Shown in pieces: positions 40,281 to 54,550 of a stretch of DNA of 64,000 nt. The number at the start of each line of letters is the position of its first letter. Positions within the stretch are counted from its first letter, which is position 1. The position numbers and the translations under genes were made by a program. Source of the DNA: the human T2T-CHM13v2.0 reference genome, Homo sapiens; NCBI RefSeq assembly GCF_009914755.1, contig NC_060933.1; one strand, given 5' to 3'. The notes below the pieces were generated by a model. That model was not told the DNA's origin. It was given only the letters and a program-made list of their open reading frames with translations, and made no database searches.

Positions 40281-41740
40281 GTAGGGTTGCCTAAAGATAT
40301 GGCAGAGGGCTCTGGGAGGTAGTGGTAGGTGCAGCAATCATTGCACTATTTATAATTCTCTTGTTCAGAAGTTTTTAGATCAGTTAAACATAGGATGTTA
40401 TTTAAGAAGAGGAAAACAGCTTGCCTATAAAACTTGCCGAAGAAATCAAAGAAAGATGTAAAATTCTTGACAAGCTTAGCCTTATTTAAAAAAGAAAAGA
40501 GTATAAAGGACCAGAATCATCGTTAACTGATGCCAGCCTCGAGAGAGAGCCATCAAAAGTTCCAAGTCTGGAGGAAGCTTATGGAAACCTAGATACAATC
40601 AACTTTGTACTTAAGCATGAAATAACTTCTCTTGAAAAATAACTGAAATAAAAGAGAAATCCAAATGCTCAGAAAAAGATGAGTTGATGGATGACATTAT
40701 AAGCATGAAGGAGACATAAAAGTCCATGAGTGCTTTTTCCAAATAGCACATTCACTAGCCAGCATTTTGCCTCTGGTTCCTCATAAGTAAATGAGCTGGT
40801 CTCCTGAAAGGAAGGCTTCTCTCTCCTCCGTTCAGGCTTTTATCTTTGCTTCCAGGATATGTTTACTTATCTCCCACTCCACCATGAGGTCTAGTAGGGA
40901 CAGTGGATCCAAGGACACTGTTCATGGGGAGGGGATTGTTTGGAATCCCCTCCTCCCAGAATACGTGTGGATCCTGCTTTTCCCACACTCCAAGGTTGCT
41001 TTTCCCCAACAACTTCCTTGGCGCACCTTCACCAGCCAAAGCAACGAGACATGACCATCCAGAAGGAAGCTTTTCTCCATGTTCTTCCCCATTGCCTAGA
41101 TTTCTTTCTACCAAGATAATCTCAATTTAGAAATGAATTACCGGCAGCATTAATCTAATCTTCAAATAAACCAATTACTGAACACCAGAACCCCAGCAAG
41201 AAACCCAAGACATTTTTTTTCCCTTGTTTCAAAGGGAATTTTGAATGGCTCTGTTTCATTATTGGTTTAAGCAACTGCTGTTGCCCAAGTGATTCTTTTG
41301 TCTAAACCAGAAACTCTAGAATTTTCAAGATAAATATGTTTTGTAAATATGCTTTATATGTGAATCTTATGAGTAGGTTTTTGTATACTCTCTATTGCAT
41401 GAACATTTTCTTTTAATATATTCAGTTCTTTGTAACATAAACATTCACTGAAGCATAAAATGAGCAATTCAATAGGTATTTTAAACCGTAAAGCCTATTT
41501 TTGTATGCCAAGAGCTATGTTTAACAAAGTTCTAATAGGAATATGAAAGAAAATTATTACTTTAAAAAATAACTCTATATATATCTTGAAGGCACATACA
41601 TATACTTATATATGTAGAGGGAGAGAGAGAGAAAGGGAGAGAGGCTAAGTGTGAAGTGTGAAAGCTAAAGAGGGTTAGGGACCTTGGTCTATATATCTCA
41701 TGAAGGCTTCCTTAGAGACAAAAGAGTTTTCTGGTCACAT

Positions 41741-42675
41741 GAGTGATGTGCTGGAACCAGCTCACACTAGATAACAAATGCTGATTGTTAAATGTTCAAG
41801 AATTCATTAAGCTGGTAGTTATTACACAGCTGTTGTTAAATAATAAATTATGTAAACTTACAATTAAATAAGTCATATTTAAAACAAAGGTGATAAAATT
41901 TCAAAACTTATTTCTTCCTTTTTATCTTACTACATCTTGTAACTATGCCCTGAAGTTATTTATTAATATTATATCTATTAATATTATATCTAATATTATA
42001 TCTATGTGATAGAAACACTATATAATAGTGTGCTGCTGTAAATCTTGGTTCAGCCCTGCTTCCAGTGACATCATGTTGATAGTCTGAAATTGAGCATGGT
42101 GAGAATATTTACATCGTAGAAATTAGAAGACATTATAAATTGGGGATGGGATTTATTGTTTTGCTGATTGTCCAGACTGAAGAATGTATTGAAGGAAATG
42201 TTAATAATGCAAATTAAACTTAATAACTTCTTGCTTATGTAGCCATTACATTGTACAAAACACAAAAAATTGAGAAAATATAGTTTCCCAGTGTTCAAAA
42301 CTACTGCCTGATTTAACAAGGAAATTGCTCAACAATGTTCTGACATATGTCTTTGTTGTTTCACTTTTGTGTTACTCATTAAAATAGGCAAACATATCAG
42401 CCAACATTTATGTTAGAGATACACCTGTTTATTAATTTGCAACCATAAATTGGCTACAGCTATGAGTCAGGCAAAAAACCTAGAACGTATTCTGGGAGAA
42501 TTCATTGGCCATATGAAATTTATAACAGTGTTGTATATTTTATAGTATTTGTTAATTGTGTGCTAATACCATTTATGTGAAAAACATTTATGACAAAGTT
42601 ATGTATGTATGTGTATATTTGCATGTATTTTCCACCCACAGAACTGGTTGTTAAAAGTTTACCAGCCCACCACTT
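41741..42675 (+). mobile_element. MER63 (C/D-like) hAT-Blackjack element
   Basis: Terminal inverted repeats .AGTGATGTGCTGG and CCAGCCCACCACT; internal aaacttacaattaaataagt..tttaaaacaaaggt. Confidence 0.78.
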
Positions 42676-42741
42676 GTTATACATGATTTCTGATTATTTA
42701 TGCAACATAATCAGAACTGCATTCTGTTCTCTCCTTTCTGA

Positions 42742-42985
42742 CACTGTTTCCTAAAAGCGTAACTGTTGTGTCTTGAAGTGCCTTGTTCTAAACATAGAAT
42801 ATATTTCCTGCATAGCACAGACTTTCTTGGAAATTCACAGGAAACATTAAAAGCTCTGAGAAGTCCTTCAGTAGAGAAGCCAGTTTAGCATCATATTAGC
42901 ATAGTGTTTCCAAAACTTTTGTTTTAACCAATTAATCTTTTCTCTTTCTCTGTGAATATTGATTTCACAGTTTAGGAAATGCTGC
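42742..42985. mobile_element. hAT-Charlie MITE (Charlie4a/MER113-like)
   Basis: Ends cactgtttcctaaa and tttaggaaatgctg are inverted; internal aaagctctgagaagtcct.cagta.agaa.cc.gttta. Confidence 0.6.
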
Positions 42986-43629
42986 TTTAGAGATTGATTA
43001 ACCAGTTTCATTTGAATGCTATATCTTTTATGACAAGGTCCGTAGCTTCAAATATAGTCCACTATTTACCTTGATTTTATGATTAATCAGTCCATGGTTA
43101 AAGGCGTCTTTTTGAGTAAGTGCTCAAAATCTTATTTTCTTACCTGAAAGCAAATATATAATGATGGGTTACAGATAAATCAATTCAATGACTAAATTCA
43201 TTGGAATGGCTCAGATTGTCTTTGGGAATTCTGTTGATAACACCTGTACTTAACTTGTTTAGTGATTTCAATTCTTTGGACCCTGAATTTTCCTAGTATA
43301 AAACAGTTATCTCCCAAGAGCTATTAGGCTTATGATGAGGAATGGAAACATCTCTATGAAGGAACAATACTCACACTCATTGCTTAATTTTCAGAAATAT
43401 CACCTGTGTGACTTTCATCGTTGTGGAGGCATTTAACAATTTCTCAAAGGACACGTGGAGAAATAATATGAAAGTTATGTTTACTGGTTGTTTTTGCAAC
43501 ATAACTGGAATTGCCTTTCAATTTCTACCTTCTGCAATAAATATTCAGCAAATACTGTAGTGTCTGGAGGATCTTGTTCTTAACACATATTGCTATCATG
43601 TTAACAACTAAGCTCTAATAGTATATGTA

Positions 43630-44405
43630 AAACCTTGAGATGGAAAAGGATCTTAACATTTGATCCCATCCTAACCCAAACAATATCCTCAACTCTGGAT
43701 GCCTGGAATGATCCATGTGACAGAGAACTACCCAGGGACTGAGGAAGCCAATCTATTTTGTACCATATCCAACTGTTAGAAAGTTTTCCCTTACATTGGC
43801 TCATAATCCATCTCTTTACAACTTCCACTCACTGGTCATAGGACTCCCATCCAAGGCTGCATCAAAAGAAATTTTATTCCTCTTCTTGTTGACTCCTACA
43901 CAGGAATTCTGTAGCATTTCAAAGGGCCAGTATTTAATTCTCCTCACTTCTTTTTCTTTTCAGCCCAATGTCATAAATTGTCTTTGTATTTCCTCATATG
44001 ACTTCTTGCCAAACTATAGATCTAATCTGCATGCATTTCAGTTTGTGAGCATCACCCCTTAGTCCTCAGGACTGAATTGGTGAATTACAGAAGATCACTT
44101 GCTTCCTTATTTGAGACACTGAAATACTTCTGCTAACTTCATGTTAAAATATATTAAACCACTGGGCTTATAGCTGAGTTTTAGCTGTGTGTAGTGGCTG
44201 TTGATTGAGACACATCTTCCCCATCCTATCCTTTTATGGTCTTACTAATTTCTGTCTGAACATATTTGGTCCATCACTCATGTCCATTACTCAGCTTTGA
44301 GAATTTTCAAGTTAGTATTTATTTTTTCAGTTTCATTTCATGTACAGATTGGATCAGACTGACATTAATGCCTTCCCGCAAGTCATTAATCAAAATGTTG
44401 AACCT
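43630..44405 (-). mobile_element. L3/CR1 LINE relic
   Basis: caactgttagaaagttttcccttacattg..ttacaacttccactcactggtc..aagtcattaatcaaaatgttgaac. Confidence 0.65.
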
Positions 44406-45109
44406 GAAAAGCTGTAACGGCATTGATTTTTTATTTTATATTAAAGTTTAACAATATGATCACAGGGATTTTGCAGTCATTGGTTTTCATTCTGTTTTTA
44501 TAAGATTATATTAGAATTGTGTTAATAATTGTAGTGGTTTATGTATTTTAGATTCTTAATAACTATTCAATGTAATACCTCAAAATTCTAATTACTCATT
44601 AGGTGTTATAGTTTAAATATTGGACCTCTAAAAACAAATGAAAATGAGTAAGTCTAATATTAATTAACAAGGATTTCAAGAAGCATAATAGTTTAGAATT
44701 CAAATTTTTCAAATAAAGAAGAATACTGAGTGAAATTTACAGTATCCTTACCAGGCTCTTGATCTTTTTTTGGTGAAAATCTGAGTTTGTAAACAACCTT
44801 GATGGCTCTCATGATAAAAAAGATGACAATTCCTTGAGTTTATCCAGTGATTTAGGTGGAGAGGACTTGGCAAAAGACTTAATCACAATTATGCTGAATA
44901 GTTGGGATAAAATGAATGGTGAGAAATACAGAATGCAATTGTTCAAAGTTTTCACTTTTCAAAATAGAATGAAAATTCCTAGCACGTAAAGTGCAAGAAG
45001 CAGGTTGACTGATTAAGACTCTTTAATATGTTTTGTCTTACCCTTTGAAGCATAGGATCTGCCCAAATTTTAGGATGGAGACTTAGTTTTTTTTATAGTA
45101 GTGATAAGT

Positions 45110-45652
45110 GAATCAGATTACATTGCTTCCCTACTTAAATCCTCCATTGACCACTTATTTTAGTAAGCAAGAAATATACGCTCCTTATCCTAACTTTCAA
45201 GAGTTAACATGATCTCCCCTTTTTCTCCTCTCCAGCTTCATTTTTGTCCCTCTGTCTCAAACAAGATGAGTCCATCTTGCTTGAAGACTTTGCACCAGCT
45301 GTCAGCAAAGATCTCTCTGTAAACTCTAAGGTCTAGAGCTTTGAATGATCCCTTTGTTCTTACAGTTCAGGTGCCAGCTCCAAAATCACCTTCTCAGAGA
45401 AATCCATCCTGACCACTCTATCAAAATAATCCCTCTTTCCTCTTCACTTGTTCTTTTTTATGCTAACATTTTTTTTCATGGCTCTTATCACTACTGGAAA
45501 CCGTTTTATTTATTTACATGATTGTTGTTTGGCTGCCAACCATATAAGCTCCATGAGGCCAAGGACTTTTGTCTTATTTATTAGCCCTTATGCCTAGAAA
45601 ATGCCTGGCACCTAGTAGGCACACAACAAATATTTCTTAAATGAATGAATTA
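45110..45652 (+). mobile_element. L2 (L2a-like) 3' portion
   Basis: tcaccttctcagagaa..ccatcctgaccactcta..taagctccatgaggcc..tgcctggcacctagtaggcac.caacaaatattt..aatgaatgaat. Confidence 0.82.
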
Positions 45653-46052
45653 TTTAATTCTTATATTGCAATGGAATCAATGCCCATTCCTTGTTATTAT
45701 CCAGATTCCTTTATATCAGAAGCCTACATAGGGCAATAATAAATAGTCAGAAGAAAAACCAGTCTTCAGTAACATTCCTTTGCTGGTGAAAATCTTCCTA
45801 AATTACTGCAGGACAAAGCTAGAGAAACTCAAAGGCAAGAGAAGGCTCACACTGAGGGGCTGCCCTTGATTGCTTATATTGCACCATTTTATTTCTTGTT
45901 GCTTCTTGATTGATCCTACAGACAAAAAGGTTGCTATGGCGTAGAGGCTCAGACTGCAGAAACAAGAAGAAAAAGAACTGGAATCAAAAATTATATTCTC
46001 ACAGAGGCTTTGAATGTGCACGTAATCAGTAATTTTATAGAAACAAACCGTG

Positions 46053-47030
46053 TGCTATGGTCTGATTAGTATGAATAGAAGGAAGCCAGGTACTATTTTC
46101 AAGACAATGGAATAATGACCCCAAAGGCATTTTGAAAAGATCTGGGGGCTCCATGCCCATCTCAGGCCTAGAGAGCTGGGGATTTGAGGGTAGGATGGTT
46201 TAAAGGGAGGGGCTCAGAGTGCTTGTAGAAACTTAAGGCTCACTACTCAGGGTTGCATTGGGTCTCTGCTCCCCAATTTCCAGCATAGTGCTCCCCAGCT
46301 GCCCCAGCTATGGCTCAAGTGGGTCCAGGTGTGGCTTGGATCACCACTCCAGAAGGCACAAGCAGTGAGCCTTGGAGGCACCCATGTGGTGCTAATTCTG
46401 TAGGCATGCAGAGTGCAAAAGCTGTGGAGGCATGGCCTCCTCTACCTAGCTTTCAAAGGATATCTCAGACAGCCTTACGGCCCAGGCATGGGTGAAGCTG
46501 CCGCAGAGTCCCCACTAGGACAGTGCCTAGTAGAGCCATGAAAGCTGGCTGCTCCTGTTACTCTGGAGCTGTAGTGCCACTGGAATGCAACGAGTGTCAG
46601 CCTGAGAGAGCCACAGGCATGTGATTTCAATGTGTTAGAGCTAAAATATGGCCTGCACCCAGCAAAGCCATGGAAGTGGGGCTGGGACCTTGGGGACGAA
46701 ACCTCTGCCCCAGTGTGTCCAGAAGGTGAGATGGATTCAAAGAACATTATTCTCAAGCCTTAAGATTTAATGTTGCTTGCCCTGCTGGGTTTTGGGCTTG
46801 CTTAGGAAGTTAGTCCTTTCTTCTTCCTCTTTTTTAAAATTTCTCCCTTTGGAACAGGAATGTCTATGCTGTGCTTGTCCCACTGTTGTAATTTGAGAGC
46901 ACATAACTTTCTGATTTCACATGCTAACAACTGGAGGAAAATTTGATGCAGAAATGAGTAAAGACGTTTGGGGCTATTGGGAAGAAATGATACTTGAGAA
47001 AGACATGACTTTTTGAGGGCAGGAGCAGAA
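46053..47030 (+). mobile_element. MaLR internal region (MST/MLT1-int) with a 13-bp 5' LTR stub
   Basis: tttcaagacaatggaa.aatgaccccaaaggca, ccagctatggctcaa, gcagagtgcaa.agctg.ggaggc; polypurine tract gagggcaggagcagaa directly before the 3' LTR. Confidence 0.8.
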
Positions 47031-47361
47031 TGCTGTGGTCTAAATGTGTTCCCCAAAATTCTATGTGCTGGGAACTTAATTGTTGGGAAATGGGGCCTTT
47101 TGGGAGGCGTTGAGGTCCTAAGGGCTTCATTTTCATGAATGGATTCATGCTGCTGTAAATAGGGCTTGCAGGAGTGGGTTCACTCTCTCTTGCCCTTTCA
47201 TCTTCTGCTATGTGAGGATGCAGTGAGAAAGCCCGCACAAGATGCCAGCATCTTGATCTTGGACTTTCCAGCCTCCAGAACTGAGAGAAATAAATTTCTT
47301 TTCTTTATAAATTACCCGGTCTCAGTTATTCTATCATAGCAGCACAAAATGGACTAAAACA
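47031..47361 (+). mobile_element. MSTC/MSTD-like 3' LTR
   Basis: TGCTGTGGTCT.AATGTGT.CCCCAAAATTC..TCCAGCCTCCAGAACTG.GAGAAATAAATTTCT..AATGGACTAAAACA. Confidence 0.87.
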
Positions 47362-47374
47362 CTGACTCTCAGAA

Positions 47375-48790
47375 GATGACTTTCTCGCCCATTTGAAGAG
47401 AAATTAGAGGTCATTAGACAGGAGTTTCTTCAATATTCCACATTGAAGCCTATAAATTAAACTCCACAATTTTCTTTTCTTCCTTCTTTCCTGATGAAAA
47501 ATGTCTGCTACTTCTATTTGAGGATAATCCTTTTATCTGAGTTCTGGATCACACCCCATACAACTTTTGAAGAGATTTCGGTCCATTGACTACTCCTCCT
47601 CTCTCCTGTATTTGCCACCACTTCATCTCAATTTTTATTTTTTTCTCCAACATTTCAACCTACTCGTGATATGTTTATCTTTCCTTTAAAGCACATTCCT
47701 TGAAATCTTTCTTCCCTGCCCCCTTTTTGTTCAGCTCTCTCTTTTTACATCCCACTTGTAGCTATACTTTCTAAAAGCATTGTCTACACTTCGGTCTCTG
47801 TTTCATCCACCCACTTCTCAACCTACTGCAGTCCAGTTTTTGTCCCAGTGCTCTGACTAATGTTTCTAATAGCCTCCTTGCTAAATCTAATGATGCTTCT
47901 TAATCTTTATTTTTCTTACTTTCTTGGCAGCATTATCTATATCGTTTTTTTGGAAATTAAAAAAAAATTAGCCTCCATAACATTGTAGTCTTTTAGTTTT
48001 TCTCTGACTTTTATGGCTATCCCAGGTTCTTGTTTCTTCTATCCCTAAAATGTTTATACATCACAGGGATTCTGTTCTGGGTTATCATCTTTGCTTACTC
48101 TATGTACTCTCCTTAGGCGATTGCATTTACAGCCTTAGCTCTACTTTCAGCTACATATTGATGATTCCTAAATTCAAACCTATATATTCTAGTCAGACTG
48201 CTCCTGAGAATCAAATTTACATATCTACCTACCTACCTGACGTATCTGTTTGGCTGTTAAAATAAGAAATTGCTTGTCTTCTTCAGAAAACCAGAATCTT
48301 TTTATATTCTCTATTTCAGTGAATGGGACAATTACCTATTGAGTCAGCTAAAACTCAAGTCAGGAAATTATCTTTGAGTTCTTCCTATCCCTGACCTCAG
48401 CATCCACTCAATCTCTATGTCCTGTTGAGTCAAACTCCTCAATTTCCTGGACATCTAGCTACCATCTCTATTTCCATTCCCACCACCCTAAGTCAAGCCA
48501 TTATCATATCTGGAATGGATTATTGAAACAGTTGTCTTGCTGGTTTCCCATCACTAGTCTAATGCCTTCTATCTTCCATGTTGACATCATAGCAGTCTTT
48601 CTAAAACATTTTTCTTTACAAAATATTTTCAGTGGTTTCCCTTTGGCTTTAACATGTTTAAAAAGACCTGTGTGATTCATTTTCTGCGTACTTTTGTCTT
48701 CTCTCATGAAATTCCATCTCGTGCTTTATAGTCTTACCAGGAAGAGTTTCTTTCAGCTTTTTAAAGGTACCAATGCTACCACTACCACCC
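47375..48790 (+). mobile_element. L2 internal and 3' region, decayed ORF2
   Basis: Pyrimidine-rich; cttctcaacctactgcagtccagttttt, ctaatagcctccttgctaaatctaatg, ccaccctaagtcaagccattatcatatc. Confidence 0.75.
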
Positions 48791-48859
48791 CCAGCTTTAC
48801 TAAGGCAGCAATATCTCTCGGGCTTATCTCAGAGTTTCCACTGGGAATAAGTATCTATT

Positions 48860-49302
48860 AGAGTAGTAGGTTGCAAGAAAGAGCAACAGACTCTGGCTTA
48901 TCATACTGAGAAAAAATTGTTTGGAAGGACACAGGGTAGAACAAAGAAACAAAAAGCTAAAAACTCAGGACTTGGGAGAGATAGAAATGAGGCTGCTTCA
49001 GGAATTGAGGAGGTAGGACCTAACATATGTCTCTTCAAGTTTCTGCCATTGGAAGAACTCTAGCCGTTTTCGATCTTGGATTGTACTACTCAGGATTGAT
49101 ATTTCTTGGAGAAAATGCCTCATAGTTGGTGTAGCTTGGGTCACAGATCCACTCCATAAGCAGAGGGCTGCTCTCGGCAGTTAATGGGAGGAGTTTCCCA
49201 ACTGCCATGAAATAAGAGAGTTTTCAAGGATAAATTAGGGGCTATGGCTCAAAGAGAGAGAAAAAGATGCTGGGCAGGCAAAAATAGTAGATGGCTACCA
49301 TA
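48860..49302. mobile_element. Old MaLR LTR (MLT1L/N-like) inside L2
   Basis: ggttgcaag..caacaga.ctctggctta..tttggaaggacacagggtag..gatgctgggcaggcaaaaa..gatggctacca. Confidence 0.5.
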
Positions 49303-50269
49303 GAAGCGATTTCAGACCCCTCAAATTTGAATTAGCGGACTTCCCATGCACTGCTATAATTGTCATCTGTTTTTTTCCTTTTTGTAGCACTCAACGCAAT
49401 TCTTACTTGTTTGTCCCCATTGGATGGTTAACTTCGTTAGCACATGACTGGCACTTGGCAGGTAATCAAACATGTATTTCCTGTAGGACAGGAAGAATAT
49501 ATAGACTTAAGCCCATTATGAAACATGCTCCGAAAGGCTTTTGAGGCTAGTGGCTTATGTGATGCAATTAAAAAAAAAGAAATGGGAAGTTTTTATAAGA
49601 GCATCAATGCCAAATAAGTACAAATCCATATGAACATAATATTGTGTAGAATCTAAACTTTTTAAAGGTAGAGGAAGTATTTTCTATTTTTATATCTCAT
49701 ATAATGCTTAATATAAAATTTACACAAAGAAGTCTCTGAATAGGCATTTATAACATTAAGGATCTTCATTAAAATTTCTTTTGTATTTCAGTAATAATAT
49801 GTTAATCTTAAGAATATCCTAATGCTTTCTCTCTTTCTTTTTTCTTTGTGTGTATGCGCTGTTGCAGTTTTTAATACCACTAATGACTTTGAAATGGGAC
49901 ATTGACTCAGAATTAGTGACAATCAAGTGTTAATGGTCCTTGCCTTTGCAGCCTATCAGCAACTCATCTCAGCTGATCATTAGTTCCCAGAAAATAAGCT
50001 GGATCAGGCTTTCCCAAGATGTGGCCATTTACAAAAGATTCCTGATTGTCATTGGAACCGCTCACTTATCTTTCCTTGCTTTTTCTATTTTTATGTCCAC
50101 TCGGCTTATGCTTTTGATCAAAAGGACTGATCTATGCCAAATACAGTAGGTCGGTGAGAAGAATTTTTAAAAAAGGGAAAAGAAATAGAACAAAATATTC
50201 ATCCTGAATTCACACACACCATAATAAAATCACGGAGCATAATTGCCAGACACCACCATAGAGATTATC

Positions 50270-50350
50270 TAATTGAACTCCTTCACTTCTCATTTTATAA
50301 ATGAGGAAACTGAGGCCTGGGAGGCTAAGTGACTTTCCCAAGGTTCACAA
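50270..50350 (-). mobile_element. MIR core
   Basis: ctcattttataaatgaggaaactgaggcctgggaggctaagtgactttcccaagg. Confidence 0.75.
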
Positions 50351-50885
50351 AAGAGAAAACAAACCATACCTAAACAACACTCTTTATTTCTCTAAACATT
50401 TCTGAGTTCTTTCTGTCACTGGGCATCTCATCACAGACTCATCATGATGAATCAATTTGCCAAAAAATGTGATAGAGAAATCAATCAAAATTTCATTGCA
50501 GAAATTACTGGTACACTTTCTACTTCTTAATATGTGATGCTCTGAAGATTGACATCTTCAAAAGACAATAGAAAAAATAAAACAGACAAAATAATTGTAA
50601 ATGACCAGTGGGATCAACCCATAGGCACGTATTTCTCCTGGTAAGTATTTTGTGAACCTAATTATGATCCATCTAACCAGGGTTTAGCAGGTAGTCAGTT
50701 ATAGAGATGCTCAGTTCCTTCTTGTTCGCTGGATTTAAGCAGTGTTTGGCGTGTGCTGATTTATAATGCACCATTTCTGCATCTGTTTGCCCTCAGCTTT
50801 ATTCCATGCTCTTTCCTGCTCTGTCCTGCATTGTATTGGATGGACCACTTTTAGACGACTTTTTCTAGGGTTCCTTGTTATCTGA

Positions 50886-51320
50886 CAGGGTTTGCAGGAG
50901 CTGGCTCTTTTCAATGTGTGAGAGCCAGTTGACAAATATTCAGAGATCCTGTGAACTGGTTGTTCACACTGGTTAATATCACCATTAAAATTAAGTTATC
51001 TAAACTTACGTTAAATAAGTTATTGTATACTAAAAAGCAATGGTAATATCTATTCCAAATGTATCATTTCCTAATTATTTTGCTACCCTTCTTTTGACTG
51101 TCTGCGCTCTAGAGGTTATGGTATATCTGTATTTATGGGAAACACTACATAACAGTGTGCCATCATTGTGCATCTCTCCTCAACTTCACATTCATGGAGC
51201 ATACAAGCAGTAGCTTGAAATTTGCCAAGTGAGAGTATTCATGCTATGGAAATCAGCAAATGCTACGAATCAGGGCTTGTTTTTCTTGGAGAGTCACTAG
51301 TTAACATGCTGTTTTCCAGC
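50886..51320 (+). mobile_element. MER63B-like hAT-Blackjack element
   Basis: ggagctggctc..gtgagagcca.ttg..attaaaattaagttat.taaacttac..gaaatcagcaaatgctac.aatcagggc; paralogous to 41741-42675. Confidence 0.7.
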
Positions 51321-51463
51321 AGTATTTAGCCAGTGGGAAGCACTGAAGAGAGCTCAGAGGATTGGTGGAAGGAAGAAGTCATGGTTTTTCATCTTTTCTT
51401 CTGTGGCCTTGGGAATATCTCTTCCCTTGCCTCCTCCAGTTGTCCCTCTATTGAAGGGGTGGT

Positions 51464-51839
<376 letters not shown>

Positions 51840-52402
51840 TCACTGAGCTTCTCAGTTCTTCTATCACCAGTGTCACCAATTCTCTGTACTAAATTCTTTC
51901 TGCTTTACATATTTGAATGCTTTTTCCCCCATTTAGACCTTATCTGATACATATAGCAAATTTATTTACACAGGTGTCTTTTGTTTTCGGTAGCACTTTT
52001 AATGTCAGAGCTTACAAAATTTAAAATAATATGATGTGTTAGCGATAGAAAGCCCTCTCTTTATTCAGAAGAAGAATTAAAGTGCCAGAAAGCGTAAGCA
52101 ATTTGTTATAGTAGGTTGGTGAAAAGCAATAATGCTTTCCCAGCATATACTGGGATTTTTGACCCACACATTAATATTTTGAGCTAGAAATAATATAGAA
52201 TTTATTAGAACTACTGAATGCCCTCAGTACTTTTTTGATATCTGAGTTTCGACTTGATAGCTCATATTCTGCCTTTGTTTAGGTATTTTTTTTTGTTTAT
52301 GATGCCATGGTGGCCAAATCATGTCTACAATGAGAAATTTTAAAATATTGAATAGATTTTTGAAAATTGAACTGGCAGTCAGCTGGCTGTCTTACTGTCT
52401 TA

Positions 52403-52719
<317 letters not shown>

Positions 52720-54550
52720 GCCTATTGGATATATAGCTGCTGTGTCTGGGTTCTGTCTCTCTGTTTATGAAGGTCCATTAACTTATTTCATAGTCAAAAT
52801 CCACATGATTCTCTGGGACACAGGGAAGAAAGATACTAAGGAGGGGTAGTTTCTTCTTTTCCTATGGTTTTGTAGAATATAGAGAAAGTGGATTTTACTT
52901 AGTAAATGACTGAATGGTTTCATATATCATCTCATAGAAAAACATTAATTTTTAAATTCTGCTGAAGTGGCTTAGATTATAAACACTGCTCTTGTTACTT
53001 CATATCTTGCAAGTCTCCTTTAGTGCTCTGTTATTAAAATATTGTGAAAGAGAAAGAGCGCTGATTAAACGTGCCTACATGGATACATTTACATTAATGC
53101 ATGATGATTAATTATAAGTTAATATGCTCATTCACAAAAATATTTTAAGGTGGCATAATGATAAGGCTGCATTGATAACCTTGCACAGCCCCTTATTAAC
53201 TTTATCAAAAGCCAGATATGAGGTGACGTTAACACATTTTGGAGTGGCATGCCAGCAAGCCAACTGGCTTTCCGTGAGTGTCATACTCACTTTGGACCAC
53301 AAGATGCCGCTCAATAATCCGTTATGATTTAGGTCTTTTGTTACAAGCCAAATGACATTTCCATTTATTTTACATGCTCTCCAATTACATATTAAAACTT
53401 ATAGTGGGTGGGTTGTGGGGAGGAGACCCTGACTCTGAAAGCACTTTTTAACTTGGATGTGGGAAATCTATGAATAATTTATTTAAGGTATACAGATGCA
53501 GGCTGAGAATTCAGACAACATAGAATTGTGGCATCCTCAGCTTCTGTGCGTGTGTGTACTTGTCTACTCTTGCCCTGCTGTCTACCCAGCCCTTTTTGTA
53601 TAGTCACCAGCACCATCTGCCCCCGAATGAAATAATTTCCTGCTGGTTCTCGCTAGCAACTCACAAAACAACCTATTTTTGTAACTATTCAAAATGTCAA
53701 AGGATTACCTTAAAATAAAAACACATAATCAGCTTTCTATTTTTCAGGCAGCAATTAAGTAGTCACAACATGGCAGTCCATAGATGAAAGCTCCAGAAAT
53801 AATTGTTTCCAAAGGTAATCACTGGAAGAAGATAATTTTATTTCCCAAGTCCTTGTCTTAGGCTTAAAAAACAATTCAGCATGAAGATTCAGATGGCTTT
53901 GGTCTTTAACTTTCCCATCAAATTTGCCCTACATTTAAATTTATATGTTTTAATTTTTTTGAGATAAGATGGAAGCAAGTCTTCCCCACAAATACTTTTT
54001 TATGACCAGTGTCTAAACACGAGCCAAGGTGGTCACATTATGGAAACACATTCCTTGGAAATTTGAGGGGCCAGGCTTTAGAGAAGAAGCAGCTACATAA
54101 GGAAATCTCTTCCATAAACGTCATGTAGGAAAGTTACTTTGCCTTTTTCTGGTGTTAATTTGGCAGCAATAGAGCTGATCTGCCTCCTAGATAAAATAGA
54201 CTACCTAGGTGGTATGATTTCCAGGTTGTCAAGAAATAGCCCTCAACATAGTCTCTTCTTAACTGTCACTTCCATTTTAGTGTGTTGGTTTTCAGATACT
54301 TTAGTCTATCTGGCTGAGCACAGGATTTTAAGAGATGGAGACTGATGATCAGAACAAACAAACATATGAGAGACTCTGTATGATGGTGAGAGGAGAGAGA
54401 GTAAGCAGCAGAAATGGGAGGAGAATGACCAAGACGTGGAAAGAAAGAGATGCTCTAGGAAAAGCCCCACCTAGTGCATTGTCTCAGTCCATTCTTAGGA
54501 TGGGATCAACTTGGTGGTGTGAGCATTTAGTTTAGACAATAAAAAATGGA

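Noticed and set aside
41961-42004. Triplicated TAATATTATATC unit
   Set aside because: Ordinary AT-rich slippage inside MER63; no spacers, so not CRISPR-like.
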